From positions 672,001-736,000 of the forward strand of contig BK006941.2 of NCBI GenBank assembly GCA_000146045.2: a DNA stretch of 64,000 nt, given 5' to 3'. The position numbers were made by a program, and so were the translations under genes. Of the stretch, positions 10,566 through 23,135 are shown piece after piece. Source of the stretch: TPA_inf: Saccharomyces (taxonomy: Eukaryota). Every line of letters starts with the position of its first letter. The first letter of the stretch is position 1. Below the pieces are notes generated by a model. It saw only the letters and a list, made by a program, of their open reading frames with translations, did no database searches and was not told the DNA's origin.

Positions 10566-13500
10566 TTATGATACGAACTTGATCGGTAACCCATAAATAA
10601 CAGGAGCTGCGCCGTTCAAGTAACGTAGATGGCATACACCTCTAGATTTAGAGACGGCATATGAAACAGATAGGCTATTACCATTCAAATCGTCAGTATT
10701 ACAGCGAAATCCCATCTTTTCAAAAAGTTCCTCGCTAAATTTATCAATATCTTTGTCAGTTACATCCCACAGATTACCTAGTACCATAGGGCATCCTCCC
10801 AGCAAATAAGTATAGATTGTTCCAGTAGGTTCTAACTTGCCGTAATATTTCATCGCTGCTGAAGAGCAGCCCAGTAAAAAGCTGGGGGCAATTTTGGTGC
10901 ATTTCTTAATCTCCTTACTCCTTACATATTGTTCACCTCCGCCATGCCCTATATAAACGAATAAGTTAGAATTTTGCAGCATTTTCAAAAGTGTTTCCTC
11001 TTCCGGCTTCTCGTTCATCACTAATTGAGAGGAAGGTTTTGCATCGATTATTTTTTGGAACATACCCTTGAATTTAGATTCAGTCCTGGACAAATCTCCG
11101 TTCGGATTTAATATCATACTAATGTTGTCCTCAATAGTTACTTGAAGGGGTAGTTGGTAATGGAAACGCGATAAAAGTTTATTCAGACAAACATAGGACG
11201 GAACACGTGTGATAGACAAATCTTTCAAAAATGAAAGACACTCCCAAGGGAATAAATGGCATGAACTGCTAACGACTAAAAATGTATGAAATATACTATT
11301 AGTTGTCATAGTTGCCCTATATTTCTTTATTTGCTCTTCTAACTGCACGTGAAGCATGCTGAAATCAATTTCGTCGTAAGCATTTTCTTCACCATGGAAG
11401 AGAAGAATATCAAGAACAAAGTATATCAGGTCTTCCATCTTCGAAAGAAAATCGATTTCTTGCGGATTAAGTTTCAAGAACAATTCGATTACCCAATCTT
11501 CAACTTTTATAAACATTGCCGGATTGCCATAGAGTTTTCTGGAAGGAAGATTTTGATGCAGAATTTCGTAAAATTTATCTTTAAATTTTTCAAATAACGA
11601 GTTGTCGACTACTTCAGGGCTAAAAAACCCTTGAACGCCATTGAACCAACTATTTTCAATGTTATTCAACAATTGTTGCATTCTTTTATCCAAATCATAT
11701 CTTGTGGTCCACCAAGATTTTCTTTCTTCTCTTGTTTTAATCTTGTTGGTAACTTCCACTGACGTCGTTTGGTTGCTTTCATTGATAATAGAAAGTAGTT
11801 TTTTTGTAGCCTCCGGAAATGAGAGATGAACTTCGTCGAGGTCTCTTGAATTAGATCGTATTAGCGGTAGCCTTAAATGCGTCCTTCTCTTACGTCGCGG
11901 TTCTAATTTGGATAGAAGTAAATTTCCAGTTATGGGACAGAAGTCAATAGTTATAACATTAATATTAAGGTTGCTCTCCATTAAGTCCTTCTGGGCGGCA
12001 GATACTCTAATACTCTCTGTAATTGTGGATATATTGTTCGGAGCTATTAGTGATGAAACGCGAAATTCTCGGTAATTTTTATTATCAATATTATTCAATA
12101 CCTTATCGAATAACAAAGGCATATGCCTTGGCAAGTCAGTTAGCGAAAAATTAGTTATCAAACTACTCTCAGCATTATGGATACTAGTTATGTTTGAAAG
12201 GATAGTCAGAGTTAATGAAGAAAGGGAGGAAATTTTGGACAGTTCGTGATTATCTAATGTGTCTAGTTTCAAACTCTCCAAAAGTTCTTTCATCTGTTTT
12301 AATTTACTAATAGCAGCAATTCTATCAAATTTCTGTCTTATATTCTTACCTCTAGGCGTCATGCTCGACGATCTTGGTGAATCGCAAAGCTTCAATCCTG
12401 TACTATGCTTGGAAGGAGTTTTTAAAATGTTGTTGGGCATCGTGCTAGGAATAACAGGCAGAGAAGAGGGAATCCCAAGGGTAGATTCAAACATACCTTT
12501 GAAGAAAGGATCTTCCTCCAATTGGCTCATTACTTTTTGCCACATATTGTGTACTCTATTGATTACATTTTTGGGCATATATTCGGACAGACAAATGCTG
12601 TCGTCAATATCCTTACCCAAGTGAAGCTTCCACAAATTAGGTAGGAATGTTTTTTCTAGCTGGTCACCGAAATATAGGACCAACGACTGCTCTAACTTTA
12701 CAAATTCCTTATTATCATACAGAAACATTGTCAAACTTGTAATGTCTGCCTCAGCATCAAGATAATCAAATGCCTTATTGGCTTTTCCCAAAGTTATATT
12801 TTGAAGACAGGTTTGCTCTGTAATCATATAGTATCTGTGAAGAAAATGCAGACATCTGTAGACGATAATAGGTTCCTCTAAGTCAGAAATAATTCTAGAC
12901 AGTTCTTTACTGTAGAACTCACAGTCTCTGGCAGAACCAATGCGTATATGTATTTTAATGAGTTGGAAAAAACTAAACGATAGACTTTTTAGTAATGCTA
13001 GCCTGGATCCTTGTGACAATTTGTTCTTCTTTTTGAGCAACGATAATGCTAAATTTTGTGCTTTTCTACAATCAATTACTGCGGATATAACATTACCAGC
13101 TTTAATATTTAATTTCGCGCTTTCATTAAAAATTTTTATGTTCAAAAGTATGACTTTGATGTAAAGTGACATGGGTAGGTTGTGGTCGTTATTGATATCA
13201 AATAATTCAGGCTTCATAGCAGGCAGTGTTTTTCCAAAATATATTTGAAACGCTGTCAAGTCAGAGTCCCACAAGTGGACATTTATTAAAGAACTTGCAT
13301 GTAATAACGCCTGCTCTATTTTCGCCGTTGATAAATTCATTGTTTTTTGTAGTTGATTCTTCATCATGAGGGCATCATCAATCATATATAAGCTCAGATA
13401 AGCCTCTAGCAAATAATTGTCGGCATAAGGCACAATACTGGAGTAATACTTTTCTTTTGATTTAATACAGAGTGAAAGTTCAATGGATAACTTATCAAAA

Positions 13501-15458
13501 TTATTAAAGTTCAAGTAGCACAATAGCATTTTAACGAAGTCCATTTCAAATGACGATATTCTCTCGGCCTTTTCATCTGATTTTTGTAGCCATTTGTTTA
13601 TGTACAGCTTAGTTATTTTCGATAGATTCGTTGTCAGGTGTTTACTCATGTCCAGGTTCAATAGGTACACTATTCGTATTAATAGCTCATATTTGTTGAG
13701 CAAGTGTAATTTATCAAACGTATTATTTAGCTCTAAAGGATCCAAATCAAAGATACCCCTCAGTGAGCAAAATATCATTCTGCTTAGTTGTGACCAATTT
13801 TCGGAAGGAATGTTTTCGATAGATGAATTTCCATACAGTACTGAAAGCATAATTTCTGAACTGTTTGAAAACTCGATGAATTTTGTGATTTTTAGGCGTG
13901 TAAAGCAATGAATGAATGCATTTTGGCAAAAGTCAAAAACAAATGATAGCGTATCATTTCGTAGCATGCAATATACATTGAACAAACAGGAAAAGATTTC
14001 AATTTTTTTCTGGGCACTCTGAGCACTAGATATAAATTTTTCAAATTTCAGTATAGTACGATGAGATGTTTTTGAATCATTACTGATTAAAACATTTGAG
14101 ATTTCCAAATTAGCAGTCTTTAACAAAAACGAATGACTCTTAAATAAAACAGAAGCATTGAAAAGGACACTGATAATATTTGACAGTCGTTTAGGCTCTT
14201 TATAATCGATACAAATTTCTGATAAAACTCCCAGAAGTTCGGATAATAATGCCGCCGCAGATTCGTCATTAATGGATTTAATATTTGAGTTGATATAAAT
14301 AACAGTACAATCAAACTGCCTCAATATATCCTTATTTTTAGGTAATCCCTCTAGGCGAATAGTAGACCAAAGACAGACTAAACATTTTAATGTTGCGGAT
14401 ATATGTTTCCCTTTATTTTGTAGAAAATTCGTTGCATTTTCGAGTATTACGTTCAAATCATCGACAGATATACAGGACCAGAGAAGACGGTTTTCACTCA
14501 TGTTGCAGTATTCATTGAATTCTTTTTTACTTTTTATCGCTCTTTGTACCTCAGTAGTTTCTTCGTAACTTAAAATGTCTAGAAGCATTATTTTATCCAA
14601 TCCATCGTACAGCATGGAATAGGATAAGTAAAATGAATTTAAATATATTTTATTAGGTCCCATCTCCAAATAATTTTTATGAAGAAGGTTTTTGCTAAAA
14701 CACTCGACGGTAATGTTGCTAATGAACTTTTTAAAAGGTAATTTGAACTGTTTGATATATTGTAGAAATTTTAGCCCGAATAGAACTTTGCAACTCGTCG
14801 TGACAGAAAAAAAGCTCAGCACGATTTTTGTGAGAGCGTGAGCTTTGAGGTTAGGGTCTTTCAAAAGATATCTTTTATCATGGGAAAATAGTTCTAATAT
14901 ATGCGGTAAGTATTCGTCTACTAGCTTTCTTTTCAGTATAATCTGCAGCGCTAATATTTTCAGATTTGAAAGATAGTAGTCGTTCCACGTACTGAAGTCT
15001 GCTAGAAGAATGTTTTTCAGACTATGAGCTTGAAATAAATTCGTTTCATTGAAAAGAAAAATAATTTCAGAGGAGGCCAATCCTAATGCGTTATTATTTA
15101 TTAGTTTAACAATTATCATCAAATGTTGTTTAACAGTGGAGTTTATATGGCCCCACATGTGATGGCTCTTCAATAGGCTATATATTGAATTTAATGAATG
15201 GTCAACAGTGGTAATATCCTCAATGGCTAAGTCTATGTTATTGCTTGCAATTTTTGTAAAGTCACGTATTATGTTATTATGCATTGCTAGTATGCCAATA
15301 GAATTGGATGAGGCGTCTCCAGACAACACCGAGGTCAGTGGTCTAGTTTGGCCACTATGATGTACTTTCGAAAGCGTGTCGTTTAAAAGGTAGGACTTGC
15401 TAGTCATCGGAGTATTCGGACTAATCTCATTCAGCGGTTCCTCCTGTTTTACCATCAT
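10566..15458 (-). CDS. ESP1: Separase (separin cysteine protease)
   Basis: The minus-strand ORF is 1630 aa, the exact ESP1 length. The C-terminal region has the caspase-like catalytic Cys/His context (…GHGGGEQY… / …LLGCSSAAM…). Confidence 0.9.
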   Translation of the reverse strand: MMVKQEEPLNEISPNTPMTSKSYLLNDTLSKVHHSGQTRPLTSVLSGDASSNSIGILAMHNNIIRDFTKIASNNIDLAIEDITTVDHSLNSIYSLLKSHHMWGHINSTVKQHLMIIVKLINNNALGLASSEIIFLFNETNLFQAHSLKNILLADFSTWNDYYLSNLKILALQIILKRKLVDEYLPHILELFSHDKRYLLKDPNLKAHALTKIVLSFFSVTTSCKVLFGLKFLQYIKQFKLPFKKFISNITVECFSKNLLHKNYLEMGPNKIYLNSFYLSYSMLYDGLDKIMLLDILSYEETTEVQRAIKSKKEFNEYCNMSENRLLWSCISVDDLNVILENATNFLQNKGKHISATLKCLVCLWSTIRLEGLPKNKDILRQFDCTVIYINSNIKSINDESAAALLSELLGVLSEICIDYKEPKRLSNIISVLFNASVLFKSHSFLLKTANLEISNVLISNDSKTSHRTILKFEKFISSAQSAQKKIEIFSCLFNVYCMLRNDTLSFVFDFCQNAFIHCFTRLKITKFIEFSNSSEIMLSVLYGNSSIENIPSENWSQLSRMIFCSLRGIFDLDPLELNNTFDKLHLLNKYELLIRIVYLLNLDMSKHLTTNLSKITKLYINKWLQKSDEKAERISSFEMDFVKMLLCYLNFNNFDKLSIELSLCIKSKEKYYSSIVPYADNYLLEAYLSLYMIDDALMMKNQLQKTMNLSTAKIEQALLHASSLINVHLWDSDLTAFQIYFGKTLPAMKPELFDINNDHNLPMSLYIKVILLNIKIFNESAKLNIKAGNVISAVIDCRKAQNLALSLLKKKNKLSQGSRLALLKSLSFSFFQLIKIHIRIGSARDCEFYSKELSRIISDLEEPIIVYRCLHFLHRYYMITEQTCLQNITLGKANKAFDYLDAEADITSLTMFLYDNKEFVKLEQSLVLYFGDQLEKTFLPNLWKLHLGKDIDDSICLSEYMPKNVINRVHNMWQKVMSQLEEDPFFKGMFESTLGIPSSLPVIPSTMPNNILKTPSKHSTGLKLCDSPRSSSMTPRGKNIRQKFDRIAAISKLKQMKELLESLKLDTLDNHELSKISSLSSLTLTILSNITSIHNAESSLITNFSLTDLPRHMPLLFDKVLNNIDNKNYREFRVSSLIAPNNISTITESIRVSAAQKDLMESNLNINVITIDFCPITGNLLLSKLEPRRKRRTHLRLPLIRSNSRDLDEVHLSFPEATKKLLSIINESNQTTSVEVTNKIKTREERKSWWTTRYDLDKRMQQLLNNIENSWFNGVQGFFSPEVVDNSLFEKFKDKFYEILHQNLPSRKLYGNPAMFIKVEDWVIELFLKLNPQEIDFLSKMEDLIYFVLDILLFHGEENAYDEIDFSMLHVQLEEQIKKYRATMTTNSIFHTFLVVSSSCHLFPWECLSFLKDLSITRVPSYVCLNKLLSRFHYQLPLQVTIEDNISMILNPNGDLSRTESKFKGMFQKIIDAKPSSQLVMNEKPEEETLLKMLQNSNLFVYIGHGGGEQYVRSKEIKKCTKIAPSFLLGCSSAAMKYYGKLEPTGTIYTYLLGGCPMVLGNLWDVTDKDIDKFSEELFEKMGFRCNTDDLNGNSLSVSYAVSKSRGVCHLRYLNGAAPVIYGLPIKFVS

Positions 15459-15898
15459 TCCTTAATTTATAAGCACTTCGTGCCTAGGTTAAATTATTAC
15501 TAGGTTAGCCTCAAAAATGTTGGGTTTAGGTCAACTTTTTACTATGCTCGCAGTTAGAAGGAAAAGAAAAATATGCTATAGCCAGATGCTCCTGTGAAAC
15601 GTGTCCTAACTAAAATAATTCGGATGTTTCTGATGATAGAGTGTCTATATTCCTCCAAAAGGAATTTAACTAATTGTGGTAAGCTTCTCGCTTCAAATGC
15701 GCAATGTTACGTGGATGGGCTTTGTATCCATGTTCTTGTTTTTGTTTGTTTACCTCTTTTCTGTAAAGACCCGTGAAGTTTGAAAAGAAAGAAAATAAAA
15801 ACAAACACCAAGAAATGCAGACAATAAGTACTTGTGGACAGGTTGCCGCTAATAGAACGTGAATCGAGCTACTTTATACGCATTTAATTCCTCATGAA

Positions 15899-17965
15899 AT
15901 GGTTTTAGAAACGCTGAAACAAGGGCTTGACAGCAGTCAAATACATGAAGCTTTAATACAACTAGATTCCTATCCTCGCGAACCGGTGGATCTAGATGCC
16001 TCGATGGTTCTCATAAAATTCGTAATTCCAGTTTATCCATCACTACCAGAAAGATCGAAGGTGATATTGAGACGGCTAGCTTCTAAATCGTTTACATTTT
16101 TATGCCAAATTGTCACCTTCTCAAGGACAATAAGTGGCCGCGATGGACTGCAAGAGATACGCATATACCAAGAAATTTTAGAAGACATCATCAGTTTTGA
16201 ACCGGGATGTTTGACTTTTTATTTAAAGGCAAGCACTACTAGCAAAGCAGACCGTGATAGCATTAAGGCCCTTTTCTTTGGGAGCAAGTTATTTAATGTG
16301 TTGGCCAACCGAATTGATATGGCGAAATATTTGGGATACCTTCGGCTTCAGTGGAAATTTCTACTTGAGAGTAATGAAACAGATCCACCTGGGTTTTTAG
16401 GGGAATGGTTAGTTTCATCATTTTTGCTTAACCCAGTGCTAGCGGCAGATATGTTATTAGGCGAATTATTTTTATTGAAAGAGTCGTATTTCTTTTCTTT
16501 TCAGAAAATCATATCTGCTAGTAGTCTGATAGATCAAAAGAGGCTGATTGCTAAGTTTTTATTACCATATATTCAAGTTATCGTGACTTTAGAAAATTTG
16601 AACGATGTTAGGAAAATTCTGCGGCGGTTTGATCTCGATAAAATCATAAGTCTGTCCGTATTATTTGAAATACAGTCGCTGCCATTGAAGGAAGTGATAG
16701 TACGTCTGATGAGCAACCACTCTTCCACGAAGTTTGTTAGCGCTTTGGTAAGTAAATTTGCTGATTTTACAGATGAGGAAGTAGACACAAAGACATGTGA
16801 ATTGCTTGTACTCTTTGCAGTGCACAATCTCAATCATTCCCAGAGAGAGGAAATAGCACACGATGAGCGGTTTTTGAATGGCGTGACCAAACATTTAGGT
16901 AGCAATGAACGTGAGGCAAGGGAGCGTGCGATGTTTATTGCCAAGCTTTTATCAGGCGGTCATCTGAAGTACGAAAGTGATTTTAAAATCAATATACCGA
17001 ATGTCAAATTCGAAAGCAATAGCGATGATAAAATCATTGATTTCCAATCTTTAAAAAATCCATCCATATGCAATACCCAAACTGATGTGGGTAAGGATAA
17101 GATTACTGAGGTCTCGGGTCATGTTCAAAGCCTTACATTGGACTGCAGTGATAGCGATGATGAAGATGAGAACGATGAGCGGGAGATTGTTAAACGAATT
17201 GTATTTTTAAAAGATTTAATGAAAGAATACGAAAAAACTGGGGAATCTCGAAAAGCTCCATTGATACCACTTCTGAAGCAAACAGTGAAATTGATACGGC
17301 AAAAGGCGGATTTTCAGTTAGAGGTTGGCTATTATGCACAAGGTATTCTGTCAAGCATTGTGTGCTTGAATAATGAATTTGATGAACCGCTTTTCGAGCA
17401 GTGGAGAATAAACGCTCTAACAAGCATACTGGTCGTCCTTCCAGAGAAGGTGAATGGCGCTATAAATATTCTATTCAATTCAGAACTGTCGTTACAGCAA
17501 AGGATGTCACTATTGTCGGCTCTGGGTCTTTCTGCAAGAGAGTTGAGAGGGCTTGATGATCCTACTATTGTCAAGCCCAAGTTTGATTTTCCAACAAATC
17601 GTTTACCGTGGGATGATCAAAGCCATCATAATAGTAGGCTTGTTGAAGTTCAAGAGTCAACAAGTATGATAAAGAAGACGAAAACAGTATGGAAATCTAG
17701 AAAACTAGGCAAGGATCGAGAAAAAGGAACGCAAAACCGCTTTAGAAAATATGCTGGTCTATTCTTCTATCCGCTAGCACACGGTTGGCTTAATGGAATT
17801 GACGTAGGCACATACAATCAGCTTTTTAAGTCGCATTATTTAACAACACTGCGTATCATATACTCTTGCGCTAACCCGGTCCACGATTTTGAATCCATGA
17901 CGGAGTTGATGAATCATATAATTAGTTCAGCCATAGAGGAAGGAATTTCTCTCAATAAAGGTTAG
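15899..17965 (+). CDS. TEL2: TTT-complex subunit, telomere length regulation protein
   Basis: The ORF is 688 aa, the TEL2 length. It is an alpha-helical repeat protein with an acidic DCSDSDDEDENDE stretch. Its position next to ESP1 and MDR1 fits. Confidence 0.8.
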   Translation: MVLETLKQGLDSSQIHEALIQLDSYPREPVDLDASMVLIKFVIPVYPSLPERSKVILRRLASKSFTFLCQIVTFSRTISGRDGLQEIRIYQEILEDIISFEPGCLTFYLKASTTSKADRDSIKALFFGSKLFNVLANRIDMAKYLGYLRLQWKFLLESNETDPPGFLGEWLVSSFLLNPVLAADMLLGELFLLKESYFFSFQKIISASSLIDQKRLIAKFLLPYIQVIVTLENLNDVRKILRRFDLDKIISLSVLFEIQSLPLKEVIVRLMSNHSSTKFVSALVSKFADFTDEEVDTKTCELLVLFAVHNLNHSQREEIAHDERFLNGVTKHLGSNEREARERAMFIAKLLSGGHLKYESDFKINIPNVKFESNSDDKIIDFQSLKNPSICNTQTDVGKDKITEVSGHVQSLTLDCSDSDDEDENDEREIVKRIVFLKDLMKEYEKTGESRKAPLIPLLKQTVKLIRQKADFQLEVGYYAQGILSSIVCLNNEFDEPLFEQWRINALTSILVVLPEKVNGAINILFNSELSLQQRMSLLSALGLSARELRGLDDPTIVKPKFDFPTNRLPWDDQSHHNSRLVEVQESTSMIKKTKTVWKSRKLGKDREKGTQNRFRKYAGLFFYPLAHGWLNGIDVGTYNQLFKSHYLTTLRIIYSCANPVHDFESMTELMNHIISSAIEEGISLNKG

Positions 17966-18244
17966 TAGCATAGTTATTTGTACCAATCTTATGATACATA
18001 TTTGAATAAATTTAGTGCGTTCTCTGTCAGCGTCGTTAGTATTTAATGCACAGCATATTATTTCAGAAGGTCGGCCGACTCCTGCAACTGGGAAAAAGAA
18101 CTTCAATAAGAAAAGGCCTGAACAAATCTGCTTGGTAAGGGCCCAACAACATTTAAGAAATTGTACATTTTGAAAGCACTGATCCATCAATTAAAGCACC
18201 GAACAACCTCAGAGTTGATACAATTATTAGTTAAAGGATAGGAT

Positions 18245-21097
18245 ATGTCATTTTTTGATTCTTTACGTCAAAAGGCACCCTTTTTGGATAAACTGGCAGA
18301 CAGTTTCACTCCAACATTAACCAGAGATGAGAAATTCAGATTAAAATATAAACTTCCAGCTAATGAAAACATTTTGGAAGATACGAATGCAGAAGTTTCA
18401 TTTGCAACTTCCATTAAAGATGGAAAAGGGCATTCTGATAGAGTGAACAATAAAGGGAGAAAAACTGCTTATGTGTATTCCGGGAGATTGTTTTTAACAC
18501 CTCATTTTCTGGTATTTCGAGATGCATTTGATCATTCATCGTGCGTACTAATACTGAATATTTCTACCATTAAACGTGTAGAGAGGTCGCCATCCGAATC
18601 ATATGAATTTGCTCTTCTAGTAACTTTGTACACAGGAGCAAAGGTTCTGATTCAATTTATCGGTATACGTTATAGATCGGAGCAGTTTTGTGACAAATTG
18701 AAACTAAATTTGAAAGAAAATATTCCTAATGCCAAAACTTTACCTGCTTTTCTAGAAACCTCATATTCGGAGTTCTTAATTGCTAAAAATATTCTAGGTA
18801 AAAAGGACATAACTGTACCCAGGGCAGGTCTAGGACAACATTTCAAGTATCCCGGTAATCCTACTATGGTAAAAGAAAAGGCTAAATTGAGGCTATGGTT
18901 CGATTATTTCAGAGAGAATGGAAGGAATTTGGCAGTTGTGCAAACTCCTATGTTCCGAAAGTTAATCAGAATCGGTGTTCCAAATCGAATGAGAGGTGAA
19001 ATTTGGGAACTATGTTCAGGTGCAATGTATATGCGTTATGCAAATTCTGGGGAGTACGAAAGGATATTAAACGAGAATGCTGGTAAAACATCGCAAGCTA
19101 TCGACGAAATTGAGAAGGATTTGAAGAGATCGCTGCCCGAATACTCAGCATACCAGACTGAAGAAGGTATTCAAAGGTTGAGAAATGTTCTGACAGCTTA
19201 TTCGTGGAAGAACCCTGATGTTGGATATTGCCAGGCCATGAATATAGTTGTTGCAGGATTTTTAATCTTTATGTCTGAAGAGCAGGCTTTTTGGTGCTTG
19301 TGTAATCTATGTGACATCTATGTTCCAGGTTATTACTCAAAGACGATGTACGGTACATTGTTAGACCAACGAGTGTTCGAGTCTTTTGTAGAGGACAGAA
19401 TGCCGGTTCTTTGGGAATACATTTTACAGCATGATATTCAACTATCTGTGGTGTCTTTACCTTGGTTTTTGTCTTTGTTTTTCACTTCAATGCCTCTAGA
19501 ATATGCTGTTAGAATAATGGATATTTTTTTTATGAACGGTTCTATTACTCTATTTCAGGTGGCATTAGCAGTTCTGAAGATAAATGCAGATGATATCTTA
19601 CAAGCCGATGATGATGGAATGTTCATTGCCATAATTAAGCACTATTTCCAAACTCTGGGACAAAGTGCTCACCCAGATTCAAGCGATATAAAATATAGAC
19701 AAATCACGAAATTTCAAGAGCTGTTAGTTACGGCTTTCAAAGAGTTTAGTGTCATCAGCGAGGAAATGGCAATGCATGCAAGACACAAATATGAGAAAGG
19801 TATTTTTCAAAACATTGAGACTTTCATGAAAAGAACGCAACTGCGCCATATGCCAAAAACTTTCAACCTGTCCAGTGATGACTTGTCCAATATCTATGAC
19901 ATGTTTTACCAAAGTATAGAAACCTACAAAATTAGTATGGGAACGGGATCATCTAATATGGGTTTCGAAGTATTCATTCAGTTCTTGAGTAAATTCTGTG
20001 ACTCCTGTAGACCGTGTGAAAAGGACAAAGATCCAGCTTTCCGGAAACAAAAAAGGAATTTTCTGCAAAGGTTATTTGATAACTGGGATTCTGCTCATAT
20101 CGGCGAGTTGACATTGAACGATGTGGTAACAGGCTTGGATAAACTGGTAACTGTTGATCTTTTACAAGCTATAAACTATTTTTTCTCTTTATATGATACA
20201 GATGGCGATGGTGAATTGCATAGAGAAGAAGTGCTACAGTTGTCGGAAGGGCTGCTACTGCTAACGGAACCTTGGAAGAGCGGTAGATATGTAGATCTGT
20301 TAACTAAAAAGCGCATTGAAGATGATATTGCTGAAAACATCATCAAGGAAAGCGGTGGAGAGATAGCCACTATGAACCAAATCGAGTTACCAACTGGGGT
20401 TACTATTGATGAGGAAAAATATAAAGTTGAACAAGCAGAAAGATACCTAAAAGCTGCAAGCAATTTCCTACAAAGATCTTTTGAATATGCTAAAGCAGTT
20501 GATCTCGCGGAGGAGGTAAACTTGATTGACTTGTCTGATGATGAAGGCGAAGAAAAGCGAACGGTAAAACAAAAACAACTGGAAAGCATAAAGGCAAATG
20601 CAGCCCTAGATCCCACCCATCCAAAAGTAATAGATTTGCCAACATTTAGAATGATCATCCTCGCAGATGAAACTTACGAGCTTTTCTTTTCTAATACTTT
20701 ACGATCATCTGTTCACGTCGACGAACATGTCAACATTGATAACAAAAATAAAGTCCTCAGAAGTATGTTTGACGGTATATTGGCAGACGGCAAAAGAGTT
20801 GCTGAGCAAGTTCGTCGTCGTGTCGATTCGGTGGCAACTAGGAGCAGCATTGCTTCTGTAGAGAGTACGCCAACAGCCGCTGCAAGTTCAATAACTACCA
20901 AAGAAGAAAAGTACGATGATCTAGATGATTTCACGTCAGAGCATCAACCCGAGAATGAAGAGTTATTACAAAGTTCCTGGTTTGAGATCGACGATGCCAA
21001 TGAAACTAGCACTAAAGCCATACAAGAAAGGTCTTTTGAGCCTTTGTCGGCAAATTCCTCGGAAGAGAAGTCCAACCTTATTGAATTTGAAGCATGA
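18245..21097 (+). CDS. MDR1: TBC-domain Rab GTPase-activating protein with EF-hand-like segment
   Basis: The ORF is 950 aa. The TBC/RabGAP domain is recognisable from the arginine-finger motif (…[12 protein letters not shown]…) and the glutamine-finger motif (…[10 protein letters not shown]…). [15 protein letters not shown]-hand-like loop is present. Confidence 0.85.
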
Positions 21098-21362
21098 AAT
21101 CGTGCTTATCAATTTTATGTCACCCTAAAACATCTGTACGTGTTTATATAGATATTTAAAGCAATATTTGCCAGGATTTGGTGAAGATCCCTCATATAAC
21201 TCTCATAAATGCGGATTTTCGGAGCGAAAAAAGCCTAAATTCTTGTCTGGAAGTATAATTGGCGGTGAAATAGAAAAGGTGGCAATCACGACTGAAAAGG
21301 GTACAGCTTTCGCAACTGACATATACAGACAGTGAAAAGTAATAAATTGCCCAAGTGTGAAC

Positions 21363-22403
21363 ATGTCAGGTGTAAGCTCTGTTATGCTCGGTCTTCGACC
21401 TGCTACAAGAATTTTTTTCCGCAGTAATATTTCGGTTTCACCTTCGAGGACTTTTGTATCATATATTGGAAGATCCCAGAGCACGTCGATACTCAAAAAT
21501 GCTCCCAACTTAGAGGACAATGTCACAAATCTTCAGAAAATTATACCGAAACGGTTCTTTTCTCAAACATCAATTTTGAAATCAAGGTGGAAGCCTATAT
21601 TCAATGAAGAAACTACTAATCGATACGTACGTTTGAACAGGTTTCAGCAGTACCAGCAGCAGAGAAGCGGCGGCAATCCTCTGGGCTCTATGACTATTTT
21701 GGGGCTCTCTTTAATGGCAGGAATATATTTTGGCTCCCCTTATTTGTTCGAGCACGTTCCACCCTTTACGTATTTTAAGACGCATCCAAAGAATCTGGTA
21801 TACGCGTTATTAGGCATCAATGTTGCCGTATTTGGACTATGGCAGCTACCCAAATGCTGGAGGTTTCTACAGAAGTACATGTTGCTGCAAAAGGATTACG
21901 TAACTAGCAAAATTTCGATAATCGGAAGTGCGTTTTCACATCAAGAATTCTGGCACTTAGGTATGAACATGCTAGCGTTGTGGTCCTTTGGTACTTCACT
22001 CGCAACAATGTTGGGAGCATCCAATTTTTTCTCCTTATATATGAATAGTGCCATTGCAGGTTCTTTGTTTTCGTTATGGTATCCAAAACTGGCACGCCTA
22101 GCCATTGTCGGACCTAGCTTGGGTGCCAGTGGAGCGCTATTTGGGGTTTTAGGATGTTTTTCATATCTATTCCCACACGCTAAAATTTTGCTGTTTGTTT
22201 TCCCAGTCCCAGGTGGGGCTTGGGTAGCATTCTTGGCTTCAGTGGCATGGAATGCAGCTGGTTGTGCTTTAAGATGGGGGTCATTTGATTACGCTGCGCA
22301 TTTAGGTGGCTCTATGATGGGGGTCTTGTACGGATGGTATATAAGTAAAGCTGTAGAGAAACAAAGGCAGCGTCGCCTTCAGGCTGCTGGTAGGTGGTTT
22401 TAA
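21363..22403 (+). CDS. PCP1: Mitochondrial rhomboid intramembrane serine protease
   Basis: Starting at the third Met of the track ORF (MSGVSSVMLGL) gives 346 aa. The rhomboid GASGALFG serine motif and the catalytic His (AHLGG) are present, along with multiple TM segments. Confidence 0.88.
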   Translation: MSGVSSVMLGLRPATRIFFRSNISVSPSRTFVSYIGRSQSTSILKNAPNLEDNVTNLQKIIPKRFFSQTSILKSRWKPIFNEETTNRYVRLNRFQQYQQQRSGGNPLGSMTILGLSLMAGIYFGSPYLFEHVPPFTYFKTHPKNLVYALLGINVAVFGLWQLPKCWRFLQKYMLLQKDYVTSKISIIGSAFSHQEFWHLGMNMLALWSFGTSLATMLGASNFFSLYMNSAIAGSLFSLWYPKLARLAIVGPSLGASGALFGVLGCFSYLFPHAKILLFVFPVPGGAWVAFLASVAWNAAGCALRWGSFDYAAHLGGSMMGVLYGWYISKAVEKQRQRRLQAAGRWF

Positions 22404-22583
22404 TCACTTAAAAAAAGACACATTCTCATTCGAAATATTGTAAATACTGCTATGTCTTCTATGTACTTAATCTTATTTATGCATTTGAAAAATATTTCAG
22501 CCTTATCGTGGTGGTACATGTACAAGAAAATTCATAGGCAAAAGAATATATAGAATAGAGCGTATGTGTTACTTTTCTAAGTC

Positions 22584-23135
22584 TTACTTCCTGTTTTTGA
22601 GTAGTCCCTCTTTGACAACAAAATATGCATTTTTGGATTCCGCGGCAAGTCCAGTTGCTTTCCAAGATCCGCTAACTTCTCCTAGCTCAGCATCCTGCTT
22701 TTGGTGGCTGATGCCTTCAAGTAGCTTTGTGTAGTTCAGCTGTTTCGTATTTCTTTGCACCAACCGAGCATCATATTCCTTGGTGTGCTTTTCACCTTCG
22801 ACAGGTATGTTATGGAGTTTGTTGATGAATGATAATTGCTTGGCAAGTCGCATTTGAATTTCTTTAATATCTGCTCCTTCCAAGGGAAGACCTGATAACC
22901 GCAACAATTTTTTTACAGCTTCAGCAGACGGTGGCTCTAGTTTTTCCTCTTTAGTGTTTATGCCTAAATATTCGTGGACGGACCATACAGGTCTTGATAA
23001 ATAATCCCTTATTTGATTCATATTTTCAAATTTTTTACCAATCTTTGCCCCTCCCGTAGATACGAACCGATGACTTCCATCATGGCATAACCCACCCACT
23101 GTATGTGTTCTGCATAGACGCCATGTTTTGTACAT
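22584..23135 (-). CDS. GTF1: Mitochondrial Glu-tRNA(Gln) amidotransferase subunit F
   Basis: The minus-strand ORF is 183 aa. Its length and position between PCP1 and NOP7 match YGR102C. Confidence 0.7.
   Translation of the reverse strand: MYKTWRLCRTHTVGGLCHDGSHRFVSTGGAKIGKKFENMNQIRDYLSRPVWSVHEYLGINTKEEKLEPPSAEAVKKLLRLSGLPLEGADIKEIQMRLAKQLSFINKLHNIPVEGEKHTKEYDARLVQRNTKQLNYTKLLEGISHQKQDAELGEVSGSWKATGLAAESKNAYFVVKEGLLKNRK

Noticed and set aside
16573-17580. Several 77-86-aa minus-strand ORFs within TEL2
   Set aside because: They are antisense to the full-length TEL2 frame and are noise.
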